DNA from: Cetorhinus maximus
Lineage: Eukaryota
Length of the DNA: 64,000 nucleotides
Assembly (NCBI RefSeq): GCF_964194155.1
Contig: NC_135900.1
Coordinates: forward strand, 29,202,001-29,266,000
Direction: 5' to 3'
Shown: piece by piece, positions 1 to 13,050 of the stretch
Layout of the letters: every line of letters starts with the position of its first letter
Numbering within the stretch: position 1 is the stretch's first letter
The notes under the pieces: generated by a model
Seen by the model: only the letters and a program-made list of their open reading frames with translations
Databases searched by the model: none
Told to the model about the DNA's origin: nothing
Translations under genes and position numbers: made by a program

Positions 1-930
1 CGGCGATTGCTGGCTTCCCCCATGTCCAGGGTGCAATAGACTGCACACATGTGGCCATCAAGGCGCCAGCAGGGTGAGCTCGGTGCCTTCGTCAACCGGA
101 AGGGCTTCCACTCCATGAACGTGCAGATAGTGTGTGATCACAGGATGCTGATTCTACAAGTCTGTGCAAGGTACCCAGGCAGCTCCCATGACAGCTACAT
201 CCTCAGACATTCCCAGGTGCCAGGTCTCTTCAGTGCTCCAGCCCAGCTGGATGGTTGGCTGCTGGGTGACAAGGGCTATCTCCTCAGAAGGCGGCTCATG
301 ATGCCTCTCCGCCATTCAAGAACAGAAGCTGAGCAGCGGTACAATAGGAGCCACATCTCCACAAGGCTGGTGCCCATACCCTGCACTCTCGACCTGGCCA
401 GTCCATTGCAGGGATATGCAAGTTGTAGACCTTTGCAATTTTCATAGAGTCGGGCTTGCTTTTGAAAGGTGAGTTCAAAGGTCTTGCCCATGACCGCTAT
501 GCCAAGCTATGTCCCTCTACCGACCCCTCATACCCTCCATGCCAAAGCATGCCCCTCACCCACCCACTCATGCCTCATTATGCATTCTTGGCTAAGAGCC
601 CAGGCACTCATTAGGCTGTCGATAGTGCTTCATATAATCAGGCCGCCGGGTCGCCGTTGGACCCGGACGACAATGCACTCCGCCGCCGCCTGCCCACTCT
701 CGCTATCCTCGGGAGTCACGCATTATGCTGGGTGGGCCTTAACTGGTCCGCCTGTGTAAAATGGTGGCGCAGACCCAATCCCGGGTGGCGATCGGGTCCG
801 CACCCACTCCCGCTCCACTCCCCCCACCCCACCTCCCCCCCCTCCCCCCTCCCCCACTCCACTCCCCTCCCCCCTCCCCCCCTCCACTCCCCTCCCCCCC
901 CTCCCCCCAGGAGACCAGAAAATTCAGCCC
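1..930 (+). mobile_element. PIF/Harbinger DNA transposon, right part, with decayed HARBI1-like DDE transposase fragment (1-364)
   Basis: Frame from base 3 reads [22 protein letters not shown]. After a frameshift: [18 protein letters not shown]...[13 protein letters not shown]...LLGDKGY...YNRSHISTR, typical HARBI1/DDE_Tnp_4 motifs. Ends in AAAATTCAGCCC at 930. Subterminal ~718-815 matches the MITE end at ~52653-52750. Confidence 0.9.
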
Positions 931-1150
931 CTGGAGTCCGTACAAGCACGGTTAAAAGCAGAGATCTGGAAGGTTCGATCAGCAATTTGATGCTTCTCCA
1001 GAGGGTGCACTGTTGAGGTCCCTCCAAACTTCAATCAATTGGAAATCACTGAAGTGATGAGAACCTCCAGTATTATCAGTCTCGTTGTTAAAACCCTTGA
1101 AAAAGTTACACCTTGTTGAATGAGCATTTGTCGGTGTATTAAGTTCACAT

Positions 1151-2310
1151 GGCCGGATTTGTCTCCTCAGGGTGGGCAGTGGGAGTCAGGAAATTTCCCA
1201 GCTCAGCCCAGCTACTTCAGGAGGAAGTGCCAGCAAGATGGGAATTTTGTTCCAGGGGTGGGGCAGGTGCCATCTGGAGTCAGGCCCACCGCCCCTGGAA
1301 AGAATTGAAGGCAGCCACATGGGGCTGCCGAGTGCTGAGGCGAGCTGTTTAAGAGGCCTGCCTCAGTACTCTGGGACTTTGTCCCAGCTGCAAAAATTAG
1401 AGCAAGACAAAGAACTGCCCTCTAGCCCTCACCCCCCAACACACTCCTCCTGCCATAACTCTTGCCACCTCATGCCTCTCACGTACTCACACGGCCTCTC
1501 ATGCCCTCCATTCCAAGCTATACCCCTCTACCCACCCACCTCTAATGGCCACTCATAACCTCTATGCCAAGCTATGGCATTTCCATGCCCATTCACCTAC
1601 TATACAGTCTGTACAGAACTAATAGGTCCTATAGTAACAATAGGATGTGTGAAAAATCTTTATCCGTTCATAACTTTCTTAAAAACAAACTCCTTTCACT
1701 GCAGCTCTATAAAAGTGCCAATCATCCAGACCCTTTAAAGTATCAATAGCTGAATATGAAAGCACTTGAACCCTCTTTATCTTGTGTAAATAAACATTGT
1801 GCAATTGACAGAATAGATCAGAGAGCATAAGCTATTAACCAAGCAATGTTTTTCCTGGGGCACAGCTGTTTCAACAGCTTAATGAGTGTCTGGGCTCTCA
1901 GCCAAGAATGCATAATGAGGCATGAGTGGGTGGGTGAGGTGCATGCTTTGGCATGGAGGGTATGAGACGCCATGAGGGGTCGGTAGGGGGACATAGCTCG
2001 GCATGGACAGTATGGGGTTGATGGGAGTGGTAGGAGGCATAGATTGGCATGGGGGGCATGGGTAAGACCTTTTGAACTTACCTTTCAAAAGCTAGCCCGA
2101 CTCTATGAAAATTGCAGAGGGCTACGACTTGCCTATCCCTGCAATGGACTGGCCAGGTCCAGAGCGCAGGGTGCGGGCACCAGCCCACACCCTTAACACG
2201 CACTAGTGAAAATTGGGGGTGCCGGGAATGGGGTTGGGAATTCTGGAATCGGGTCCTGGCCACCATTTTTATACCTCCATGGAGTCTCCTGACTCCATGA
2301 AAACCTAGCC
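1151..2310. mobile_element. Non-autonomous Harbinger-like element (MITE)
   Basis: Ends GGCCGGATTT / AAAACCTAGCC, flanked by CAT / CGT (3-bp TSD with one CpG-type change). A more diverged relative lies at ~23740-24762. It interrupts an older AT-rich repeat (~960-1150 plus 2311-2600). Confidence 0.7.
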
Positions 2311-2868
2311 CGTAATTACTGCTGAACAAACTCACTGAACCCAAAAGTGGTATGTTATATTTCTTAAATGTCAAATTTCTTCATTGTGATAAGAAATTAC
2401 AAGTTTTTGAAATGATTTTTTAAAGCTTTTTCATGTTCTAGCTTCAAACTTAATCCCATGCGATCTCAATTATCCATTTCCCACCTGTAAAATTAAAAAA
2501 AATAAAAGTGAAAGGATTCAGTGCTTTTTTACTTCCTGGTTTGCTGTCTGAAAATTCAACCCAATGAGATTTTCCAGTTCTCAGCTCCATGGCATTAAAA
2601 AATATTTGGGAGTGAATTCAAACGCTTTTATCTTCTGGCTCAAAAAACAGTACTAAAGTAGTGGGAGAGTCAGCAAAACCTTCACTACTGCAGTAGCCTG
2701 CAGGATCATTAAAGTGATAAAAATGTACGGCAAAGAGCAAGAAGGAACAGAATGACGATTGAAAAACAAGCAAAGAAGGGCGCATTTTCAAACATCAGCT
2801 TGTGAAATATCACTGTCAGCAACCTCTTGTAGCAACTTTCTGATATATCTGTGAATTAGGGTGACCAT

Positions 2869-3420
2869 GGGCTGGATTTTACAGCGCCCCCCAAGCCGGG
2901 CATGTTTTCGGTGGAGGGGAGCACAAAGTGCAAGAGATGCCCTGCAAACCATCTTCTCGACCACCCGCCGAAATTGGCAGTGCACTCGCCATATGTAAAT
3001 AAAGGGCTAATTGAGCTTGTTTACAAACCAATTGACCGCAATATTATGCTGCCCACGCCAAAACACGATTGGTGTGGGCATGCAGGTGGGTGTGGGCAGC
3101 CAGTTCCTTCAAGAAAGTTTCTAAAAAGGCAGGAAGGGGGTATACTATTTCTGGGAGGATGTGTCTTTGACTTCGGGGGTACCCCCCCATTCCCTCCTCT
3201 CCACTGCAAAACCCACACTCCCACTCCCTTCCCTGAGGCTTCAGATTCCTCCGCCCCCAATATGTCTGACTTTCCTGAGTCCAGGATCTATTGAGGTCTT
3301 CATCCTGGGTCTGTTTGCAATCCTGGCAGCGCCAGCGCTGCTAGGACTGAAAGAGCTACCGGCCAATCAGATTCACTCCCAAGGGCAGGGCTTCCTCCCA
3401 GTGAAGGGTTGAAGTCCCAC
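2869..3420. mobile_element. Harbinger-like MITE, left part
   Basis: Starts CAT|GGGCTGGATTTTACAGC and is homologous to the element at 43452-44148. Right end not found. Confidence 0.65.
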
Positions 3421-5458
3421 ACTGTTGTTGCCATCTGCAGCATGTTATTGCTGCAGAACATACTTTTTCTCACCTTTAGTCAGGGGTGAGCAGTGGAGTT
3501 GAGGCTAGTGTAAACAGCAATTTCTGTAGACGGCCTCTTTTAAATGTAATCCATCTTTTCCAAAAGTCGATAATAATGCACAGGAGGTTTCTTTTGAATG
3601 AGAATCTCTATCTCTGTGATGGATTCCACAATGTAACAGAGATAGGGTTCAGAACTTGATAACAGGGAAGAGGGAGATGGTGTTACTGCTCCATTGCAGA
3701 TTTCTCCTTCTAGACTTCTTGAAAGCTTCCAGGGTATTGTAATAAAAGACATTCCAGAATAGTTATTCAGGTCACATGATCCCCCACCCCATAATGAGTT
3801 GGGTATTCCACTGAAGGTAATTGATTAGCTCCAGTCTGGACAGGTCTTGGCTATTGCTTTATTGTCTAGCTGATTAATTTTTTTAGTGTCCCAGCAAACA
3901 CTTTTGAATAGACCATTCTTCCCTGTGATGAGCTAGGAAGAACATATATCTTCTATACATCCATTGTCTCGGTAGACTTTCTGTTTTGCCCAATGCAAAT
4001 AGTGAGAGCCAGTTACAGTTTCAGTTCATCTTTGAAGTAGTTCCTGGCATCTGCAGGTGTGAAATTCCATAGGAGGTTTGCCTTGGTATGTCCTAATTGT
4101 AACTCACATTGAAAACTTCCAGAAATTGACCAACTTGTAATGTCAGGTGTGTCAGGTGACTTGTGACAGCCATTTTAAGTCAGTGTCTGTTTGCTTTAAA
4201 AAAAAAGCCCTTTTAAAGAAGTCCAATATATATTTGATCAGCTGATGAAATTAAAGATTAATATTACAGATGCACACGTCACATCATCATGACAATATAA
4301 TTACCACGGATGTAGCATCACATCACTGAAGTGCATTCAGACACCATTTATAAGTTATACAAGAACACTGTTCAGGAATGTCAGTTTTTTTGTATCCACT
4401 TTCTATATGGCCCAGCCTGTGTTGACTTGCCTTAGTGAACAAAAATGGTAATAGAACTTGAACTAGCATGTGCTGTGAGAATAGCTTTATGTTTAGTGGT
4501 ACCTTTACATTCTTTTATAGGTGTTCTGCCTCCACTTGAAATGAAAATGCTAACTGGAGTAATACAGCTATTTCTTTTATGGTTGGTTATAAATGTGGAA
4601 AATTCTTTTGAAGACGGTTGTTAAAGCAGCAATAGGGCTTTTTCGATTTTCACTTTACACCAAATTACGAATCTTACTTGTCTGCTATGCCATACGCCAT
4701 TCAGTCAACATCGTAGCTATGACAACTGCAATAGTGCTGTACCATCCATGCTATAGTAATAATAACAATGAAATGTTCTGGATGTTTTTCTCTAAATCAT
4801 GTATTATTATTTAGACATTTAGCAGAAATCTTTATCCAAGGTGACTTACATTACATATTCCACGCTGTAGAGTACCATGCATTAAGACATATTCCAACAC
4901 CAAAAATTAAAAGAATAAACTTGAACAAATTTCTAGGGACATTGTTTGCTCAGGGACATAACACCTTATCCAGGGACTCTCTCTGGAAAATGGAGACATG
5001 TAGTCACTCTACTGTAGTAGTGCTGTAATAGGAAACATAATTATTCCTGTCAGGTACCACATTGGACCCTTTTATATGCATTGTCATCATTTCACTAACA
5101 AATGCGGTACTACACATATTGCAGATTTAGCTCATATTAGAAAAAATGCAAATAACTTTATTTTTTAAAATGGGAGTAATCTAGTCCTAGGTGAATTCTT
5201 CAAGTAATAGTTGGATTAATGGGGTATGATGGTTTCTGAAAGACGAACAATAAAAACTCTGCACATTCTGGACAAGCTAAGAAATAGCTGGTAGTGAATA
5301 TTGTAGTAATCCTTTCAGATAGTTCTGATGACATTACATTTAAGCATTCACAGAGCCCATGGATTGAATTGTAGTTTGTGTTCATTGATAGATTGATAAA
5401 TCCTCCCTTTTAACTGTCTCTGCTTGTTTTACACTCTTTCTGCATATCTCTCTCTATC

Positions 5459-5960
5459 CTTCCAGATACACATGCTCAGAAAGCAATGGGAGCAGATAAC
5501 CATGGAGTCAAGGATCAAAGAGCTGGATGCAGTGTCACAAGAAGTTCGGTGAACTCACACTAGTTGTCAAAGTCAGTGTATATCTCTTCAAATACCATAA
5601 CCCACCAACTGCGCTATTAAGCTCAATTCACCACACCCCCTTAACTCACCTAACAACAATCCTTATTAATCAGGACTCATACCTGACATGGATGTACTTC
5701 ACTGCATCCTCACATTCAGCATTGCTGCAGGCCTCACATCCACATCTCACAGTTTCAACACATTGTCAGATATTCAACCGGGACAGCCACATCACCCAGC
5801 AAATTGTACGACACTCACTGACACACTTCCTTCCTGGTGCAGGATAAGGTGACACACAATTGCAAGCAGCAGGAGATAACTGGAAGGGTCCAGGCACGGC
5901 TGCGTGTCCTAACTCTAAAGGAAGAGATGGTGCTGACCATTATTGGGGCGCCCACTGCTG
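5459..5960 (+). mobile_element. Fragment of Harbinger Myb/SANT gene, close copy of 10975-11478
   Basis: Colinear and roughly 90% identical by eye to 10975-11478, including exon WMQCHKKFGELTLVVK, the GT..AG intron and exon DKVTHN. Confidence 0.8.
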
Positions 5961-6109
5961 CCGTTCACTCTTTTTTTTCTCCAAAGCCTATGGTTCTTGC
6001 ATTCTTTTCCCATCATTCACAAACATACTCCACTTTATTCACGACTCTATTTACAGTACAGGGTGCATTGAAAAGATGAGTACCAGGATTGTATAAGGAG
6101 GGACTATCA

Positions 6110-7013
6110 TGGAGGTATTACAACATTGCATAGCATGAAAAAGAAAGTTGAATTGGGGGAGCTCCTGGTCAGCTTGGGAGGCAATGAAGCTGCAACAGCA
6201 ATTAAGTAGTAGTAAAAGCTTGGAAATGATTCATGGGAGGGTGGAGAGACAGCTGTGAGTCAGGGAAGTTGGTCTGTGGAAGAACACAGGTTGCGGTCTG
6301 ATCACTGAGAGATCTATGGCCGAGAGGACACTTACATGGGAAAGATGGGACTGGGGTCTAGGGGTCCTTACAGGGTAGGTATGTTACCTGGAGGGGTAAA
6401 GGGGGCAGACACTCGATTTAGGGACACTTGGGAAAGGCTGAGTTCAGATAAATCAGGAAGGGACTTGTATCTCAGTTCTAGAAACACAATGCATGCAGCA
6501 CTAGGGAGAGAGGCATAGAGGACTATGTGGAAGCATGGAGGAGAAGAGGAGGGAAAATAGTTGGAATCTGAATGTAAAGGGTTAGGAGCAGCATTCTCTT
6601 CAGATGTAGAACTGAAAGTCTTCATGCAGGCAGGGGACACACCTATCTGCCAAGTAGCAGGAGATGTATTTGTGGGCTTTCAAAAAGGCATTTACTAAAA
6701 TATCACACAATAGACATTGGGAAAATAGAAGTACACGGGAGTAAAAGCTTGTCTTGAACAGTGGCAGAAAGCGGGCTGTATCAGGTCTTCCGCCTTTTAT
6801 CTTTGACTGCAAAGGAAGTGCATGTCAGATGCTGTGTATAATGGGTAGCTGATCCAATGCTGTCTGAAATGAATTTCTACCCATATCTACCAGGGATGGT
6901 ACTACATTGGGTATGTAATTAACTAAGGGTTAGGAGACAGAGAATGGTGAACGGATATTTTTTCGACCAGAGAGAAGTATGCAATGGTGTCTGGCAGGGG
7001 CTGGTATTAAGAC
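6110..7013 (+). mobile_element. Highly decayed CR1-like LINE fragments
   Basis: Purine-rich LINE-like sequence. 6900-7013 resembles the CR1 RT segment leading to GVPQGSVLGP (GGTGTCTGGCAGGGGCTGGTATTAAGAC). Confidence 0.4.
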
Positions 7014-7844
7014 TGTTATGGCCTCGAGGGAGATCATTAACTTTTAAAAAGAAACTTGAGCTCCCAGTTATTAACTGAAATAATTATGCCATAAGGTTTC
7101 ATGTTTTAAACAAAAACTTCTACTTTACGAGAAATAAACAAAACAAGTACTTCTAACTTAACAATACATTTCGTAAACATTTATACTTTAAGCCCGAAAA
7201 TCTCAAGGAGTCACTTCCTGTTCTGCTGTTATTTCCACCCACGAGTTCCCTATACATTACAGGGTTCCTTCGCTTCTCCTGGGACCAAATCAAGGTGTGC
7301 CACAGCTCTCAGGAATTCACTCTGATTTTCCTCAGTGTTGCTTCTATTCTTTGAAGAATGAGATTCTTTGGGGTCGTTCCACTAGCATCTGGCTATGTGA
7401 CTCATCAACTCTCCTTAAACACCTTACGACTGTTGTCACCCCAACTCAAGCATGAGCCTCACTGCTTTCTTGCTCATTGACTCCAAAAATCAGAAAACAC
7501 CCTTGGTTTCTGATAGCTCCATGTTTCTGGTTCCAGCAGCTTCCAAGCACCGACTGCCTGTCTCAAAATTCCTCCCAGGCTGGCTTCAACTTCAACTGCT
7601 GGTTCTGTGAGAAAACACATAGATAAACCCAAAACAAAAGAGTACCTCCCTGCAACCTATTCCCATGTCTAAGTGGCACACCTGGGATGTCCAGATAGAG
7701 ATTTCAACTTATTAACTTCGCCTTCCAAAATATCCCTTTACCAGCCTGTCACCAGGGATTCATCTTACATTCAACAATTCAATACCCAAACTAAAAGCTA
7801 TATTCCCACAATATATGAATCATGAAATTAGAATTTCTGCAGCA
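7014..7844. mobile_element. Probable solo LTR (831 bp)
   Basis: TGTTAT...GCAGCA termini, flanked by AGAC / GGAC (4-bp TSD, one mismatch). It splits a CR1 RT motif (GTATTAAGAC|...|GGACCA). Confidence 0.55.
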
Positions 7845-9147
7845 GGACCAAATAGGAAGTGGTCACAACTTGTGTCCTTTGAAGGGATTGTTAGAGGCTA
7901 TGCTGGGAAACTTAAAAGATAAACTTGGCAAGCATTAATGCCCATCTTGTGCCTTGCTAAATATCCTTCCAAACATTACAATGCCCACCCAGACCTGACT
8001 TTGCCCTCCCCTTTATTCTTTAATTGATTATAGCTGACTTGATTCTGTGGATTTCCTATCCTCTGCCAGAATGGCTCCTGCCTATCAGGGCTCAAATTGT
8101 GCTGACAGCTCATTGCTTTCGCGAAAAGAGGCCCAACCATCAAAATTGTTTGTGGCTCACACTAAAGATACTCCATCCATGCAATGTACACTCTACTTCA
8201 AAGTTGCCTGCAGCAATTTTATTTTTAAACAGAAAACATTTTTTGATTTATTGGATCAATTGAACCACTAACATAAACATAATTAAAATGATTGGATAGA
8301 TTCATTTTATCTGTATTCTTCTCTTATGTGCACATATAGTGCATTAGAATCAATGACATACACGCATGGGACTTGGCTGAGACAAAAGGGTGAAATGATA
8401 ACCATTCCAGCTGGGAACTAAAGACCATCACATAACTGGATCATATCAATACCAGTTTTCCTTTCATGTACTATACTTAGCAGATACTTACTCTAAATTG
8501 TGCACCCAAGTACTCTGAAATAAAAGCATAGAAAAGGATGTGATCTGTTAAGTACTATTATGGTTAATTAAGCAGATTATATATTTGCTGAAAACTTTTT
8601 AAAAGTTATTTGGCTTTTTTTAATCATATATCACTGCTCCTGACATCATGATTTTCTTTATTATCTAGTTATTTATACTGTATAAACTGGTAAACACCAT
8701 GGGACAAGTTCAGAGAGCTGGGGAGCTTCGGGCTAACAATGAAAATCATTATTCTGCATTTTACTAGGCTTTTCTTGACTGTGTTTCTTATGCCCCATGA
8801 TGCAGTTTTGCACCTCAGGACAGTTTCAAGAGATCAGTCCCATAATTGTATCAGCTGGTAACTTCTTCCATTTACTTCAGACAGAGCCTTGAGCAGCTCA
8901 CAAGACCACAAAGGTGTTAAGTGAATCACGTGCTTGTCATCAATAGCAGTTTCTAAAAAGAAAAGCAACTACTGTCCATTTCTCTCTTATCCCCCCATTT
9001 TGTCCTGCCACATTCCAAACCAATCTCCTCTATGTGTTCTTCACTAATCTATTTCACCCCTTTATCCCCTCAAATAACTTACCTGAATTATTCATTCTAT
9101 TTCACATGATTATCATTTGCAGCCAAACTCTACTCTCAAAACCCTAT

Positions 9148-9837
9148 GGGCAGAAATGTCTCCCCGTTTGGGGGTGGGGGGGGTGGGGTTGTGCGGGGCG
9201 GGCAGGACCGAGTGCGAACCCAACTGACGCCCCCAATCGGGTGGGCGCCGCTATTTTACATGAGCGGGCCAATTAAGTCCCGCCCAGCGTGATGCTCGCC
9301 TGGAAGTGCTGAGCGCTCCCTGTGCGGGCAGGGGGGGATTCCGAGTTGGGGCCTGTGCTCTTACACGTGAAAGATCGCAGAAATCTCCTCAGGGAGATTA
9401 GTTTAAGTTTTGAAAAATGGAATAAAGGTAAAAAAAAAAATTTAAGGACATGTCCCCTCATGTGAAACTCACATGAGCTGGGACATGGCCATTACTTTTT
9501 TCAAAAAATTTTATGTAATTAATAAACTCTTCATGAAACTTCATCCCACCCGTGGATGAGGTTTCATTAAAAATGCAAAGGCCGCCTGGGCTCTTCGCCT
9601 GTCGGCCAACCTTATGGTTGGCCGGGCAGCATTCTTAACAAATTTAATTACTTTGTTAATGGCCTTAATAGGCCTTTGACAGTTCGGCGGGCATGCAGCC
9701 GATGCGGCTGCGTGCCCACCGAACTGAATCTACATGATGCGCGGTGACGTTGGGATGCCTGCCCGACGTCACCGTGCGTCATTTTACAAGTCGGTGAGCA
9801 GGCCCCGCCCCCGCTCACCGACGGGAAAATTCTTCCC
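9148..9837 (-). mobile_element. Harbinger-like MITE (~690 bp), full length
   Basis: GGGCAGAAAT...AAAATTCTTCCC, flanked by TAT / CAT. Reverse-orientation homologue of 52086-52780 along its whole length. Confidence 0.85.
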
Positions 9838-10565
9838 CATGAATAACATATTACTCCAAATCTCAGCTGAATTTCCTTTTCTCACAGGCCCCGTCTGAAG
9901 CCCAAATTAATAAACTATTTTTTCCAACTTTCTTATTCATCACTCTCACCCCTGGAACCACCTCTGTTCCATATTAAATGATGTATTTTAGCCCATGATA
10001 TTAATTCTGTGCTGTTGAGCAACTATTAGCATTGTATGAAGGAACATTCTCATTAGAATGCACAACATTCTTAGTTTTCACTATTTGAATTATGTATCAT
10101 TTCACACTCAATTAGCTAGTCATGTACTTTTGAATACCATTAAAAGAGAAAGCAGGTTATTTTTATATATATGTATGGAATCAGTAATCGAAAGGCAGTG
10201 GAAACATCTCATTTTGGATAATTTTCTTACAATTTGTTTTAGGATGGTGAAACTTTTATTTCACAATTAATTAATTGAAACACATTAAAAACTTCAGATC
10301 CATTCTTCTGCATTTTTATAGCTTTAAGCATCCAAGACTGTTAAATATTGAAAGATAAGCAACGCATTTGAATAAAACACATATATATTATACTTCTTAT
10401 TTATTCATATATATATGTCAGCCTTTTTTATTTTTACTATGGGTTCATTATTCACACTGTTATCTACCTCCCTAATTTTTAAATGTCTATTTTTATTCCT
10501 AGCCCACTTGCCCTCTCCAGTCTCTCCCTCTCCTTCGATTGAGAGTACAGAATGAAAGTACTAGG

Positions 10566-12135
10566 GGGCTAAATTCAATAGCACCCGAACATGGATGTGG
10601 GGATCAGGATGTGAAATTAACCTGTGGCCATTGACTGTAACAACACACAAACCTCATACTGCCTGCCCATTTCAATGCTTTCAGTGCCCTGCCAGCAATA
10701 ACAGTGTTATTGATTGGATGGACGCATGAGCCGTGGCCAATACTGAGTGGTTAGCACCACTTAAAACTAGCCTGCACTTCTTAAAGAAGTGGTGAATTGT
10801 GGCTGGAGCAGATGTTGGCAGTCATTCAGGAACTGCTGCTGACTTGGGAAACATTGAAGAATAACACAACAGAGGAGGCAGCAGGCTGCAAGATTTTTGG
10901 ATTCTGCACTGGAGGTCCTAGCGAAGGAGGTTGAAAAGAAAAGGGACATCTTGTATCCATAGGGGCCCGGAGGCCCTCCAGGTGCACATGCTCAGAGAGC
11001 AACGGGAGCAGATAATCATGGAGTCAAGCATCAAGGAGCTGGATGCAGTGTCACTAGAAGTTCAGTGAACTCACACTAGTTGTCAAAGTCAGTGTATATC
11101 TCTTCAAATACCATAACCCACCAACTGCACTATTAACCTCAATTCACCACATCCCCTTAACTCACCTAACAACAATCCTTATTAATCAGGACTCATACCA
11201 GACATTGATGTGCTTCACTGCATCCTCACACTCAACATTGCTGCAAACCTCATATCCACATCTCACAGTTTCAACACATTGCCAGATATTCAACCAAGAC
11301 AGCCACATCACCCAACAAATTGTACCAAAGTCACTGAAACACTTCCTTCTTTGTTGCAGGATAAGGTGTCACACAATTGGAATTAGCAGGAGATAACTGG
11401 ATGGGGACAGGCACGACTGCATGTCCTAACCCTCAAGGAGGAGAAGGTGCTGACCATTATTGGGGTGCCCACTGCTGAGGCCATACCAGCGGGGGGCCGA
11501 AATCATTGTAGATGCTGGTATTCTCATAGCTCATCCTCTTTCTCACACCCACCCTCTCTTCTGATTTACAGGATGTGGACTGCAGATGGTGTAAACATGC
11601 ACTTCTTTCTTTCCGCCCACCCCATATAATGACGTTACCCTTGTGACTTTCTGCTTTCAGATACCCAAACCTAGCCAGACACAGATTTACAGCAAGAAGG
11701 CAGTGATGGTGAAGATACACCATCACCCGGTTTCATTCTTGCAGCAACCAGCTCAGTTGTTGGCACTTCACATAATTTAGAATTAGAACAGATGTGTGAT
11801 CTGCCTATAGCAAGATAGCAGGCATGAGTGTCTTGCAGCCAGGTTAGGGGGCAAGGATAGCGTAGGTGCCAGCTCCCCAGAGGGAAAAATTGCACAAGGG
11901 TTCTGCTGCAGAGAACTCAGATGAGTACTTAGATTGGGGAACTCTACAGAAGAAAGGCTGGTGGGTATGCAGAACAAATTACTTGGTGCAAGGGAAGCCT
12001 GACAAATAGCCTGTGGTCAATGTCAAGGAGCATGGAGAAGTCCAGCATCAACTTGGTACAGGGCTTTGAGAAGAGCTTGGAGCCCACCCTTTCTGGCATG
12101 GAAGTGGTGCTATTGCTTCTCATAGGAAGCGCTCT
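10566..12135 (+). mobile_element. Decayed Harbinger element carrying an intron-containing Myb/SANT-like (NAIF1/MSANTD-type) gene
   Basis: Left end GGGCTAAATTC. Translation RQQAARFLDSALEVLAKEVEKKRDILYP*...WMQCH*KFSELTLVVK|gtcagt...ttgcag|DKVSHN, then a second gt..ag intron at ~11518-11660. Stops present. Truncated by a CR1 at ~12140. Confidence 0.75.
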
Positions 12136-12144
12136 CATCCCAAG

Positions 12145-13050
12145 AATTGATTCAGTGAATCTTTGTGCACCTCCCCTCCAAGGTTAAGTATATCCTTCCT
12201 TAGGTAAGAAGACCAAAATTGTATATTGTACTCCAGGTGAGGTCTCACCAAAGATGTATACAATTGCAACATGACTTTCTTATTCTTGTACTTAAATTTC
12301 TTGCAATAAAGGCTATCATACTGTTTGTCTTCCTAATTGCTTACTATACCTACATGCTAAGTTGCTGTGATTCGTGTAAATAAGGCACCCAAATTGCTCT
12401 GCAGACCATCATTTACCAATATTTCACATTTTAAATAGCATTTGCTTTTTTATTCTTCCTACCGAAGTGGATAATTTCACACTTCCCCAACATTATAATC
12501 CATCTGCCATCTTCTTACTCAAACTGCTAACCGGTCTAGATCCCTTTGCAGCCTTTTTGTGTCCTCCTTACTTTCCACAGGTCAAATGATCAATAGTCCT
12601 CTGGTTTCTCTCCCCTTTCTTGAATAGTGAGGCTACATTTGCTACCTTCCAATCCATGGGACCATTCTGGAATCTGGGGGATTGTAGAAGAATAAAATCA
12701 ATTCATCCACTATCTTTGCAGTCATCTCTTTCAAAGCCCTAGGATGTAGCACATCAGGTCCAAACAATTTGTTGATTTTTCATTCCTCACTCCCATTAGA
12801 CCCTTGATTTACCACAATTCAAAAATGTTCTCTGTGGTCTTCTACTGTGAAGACTGAACAAATATTTGTAAAACTACCCCACCATTGCTTTATTCTCCAT
12901 TATAATTTCTCCTGTGTCCATCTCTATGGAGTTATACTTACTTTTATTAATCCCTTCAGTTTTACATACTTGTGAAAGGTCTTACAACCTGTTTTTATAC
13001 TTCTTACTAGTTTACACTCATAATCTATTTTCTTCATCTTTTTTAGGTAT
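12145..13050 (-). mobile_element. CR1 LINE ORF2 fragment (family A)
   Basis: Reverse strand encodes VRPHLEY..QFWSSYLRKDI, matching the CR1 at ~31970. Multiple deletions. Confidence 0.8.

Noticed and set aside
1-364. Domesticated host HARBI1 gene
   Set aside because: Frameshifted, truncated and bounded by a transposon terminus, so it is a TE copy.
657-1027. Pro/Gly-rich ORFs on both strands
   Set aside because: By-product of the C-run tract in a transposon end.
3423-4294. Possible LTR or retroviral remnant ending ...CATGACA
   Set aside because: No matching TSD, PBS or recognisable protein motif.
8770-8953. Minus-strand acceptor-like site (TTTTCTTTTTAG) followed by a 38-codon frame
   Set aside because: No recognisable protein, no clear donor and no partner exons.
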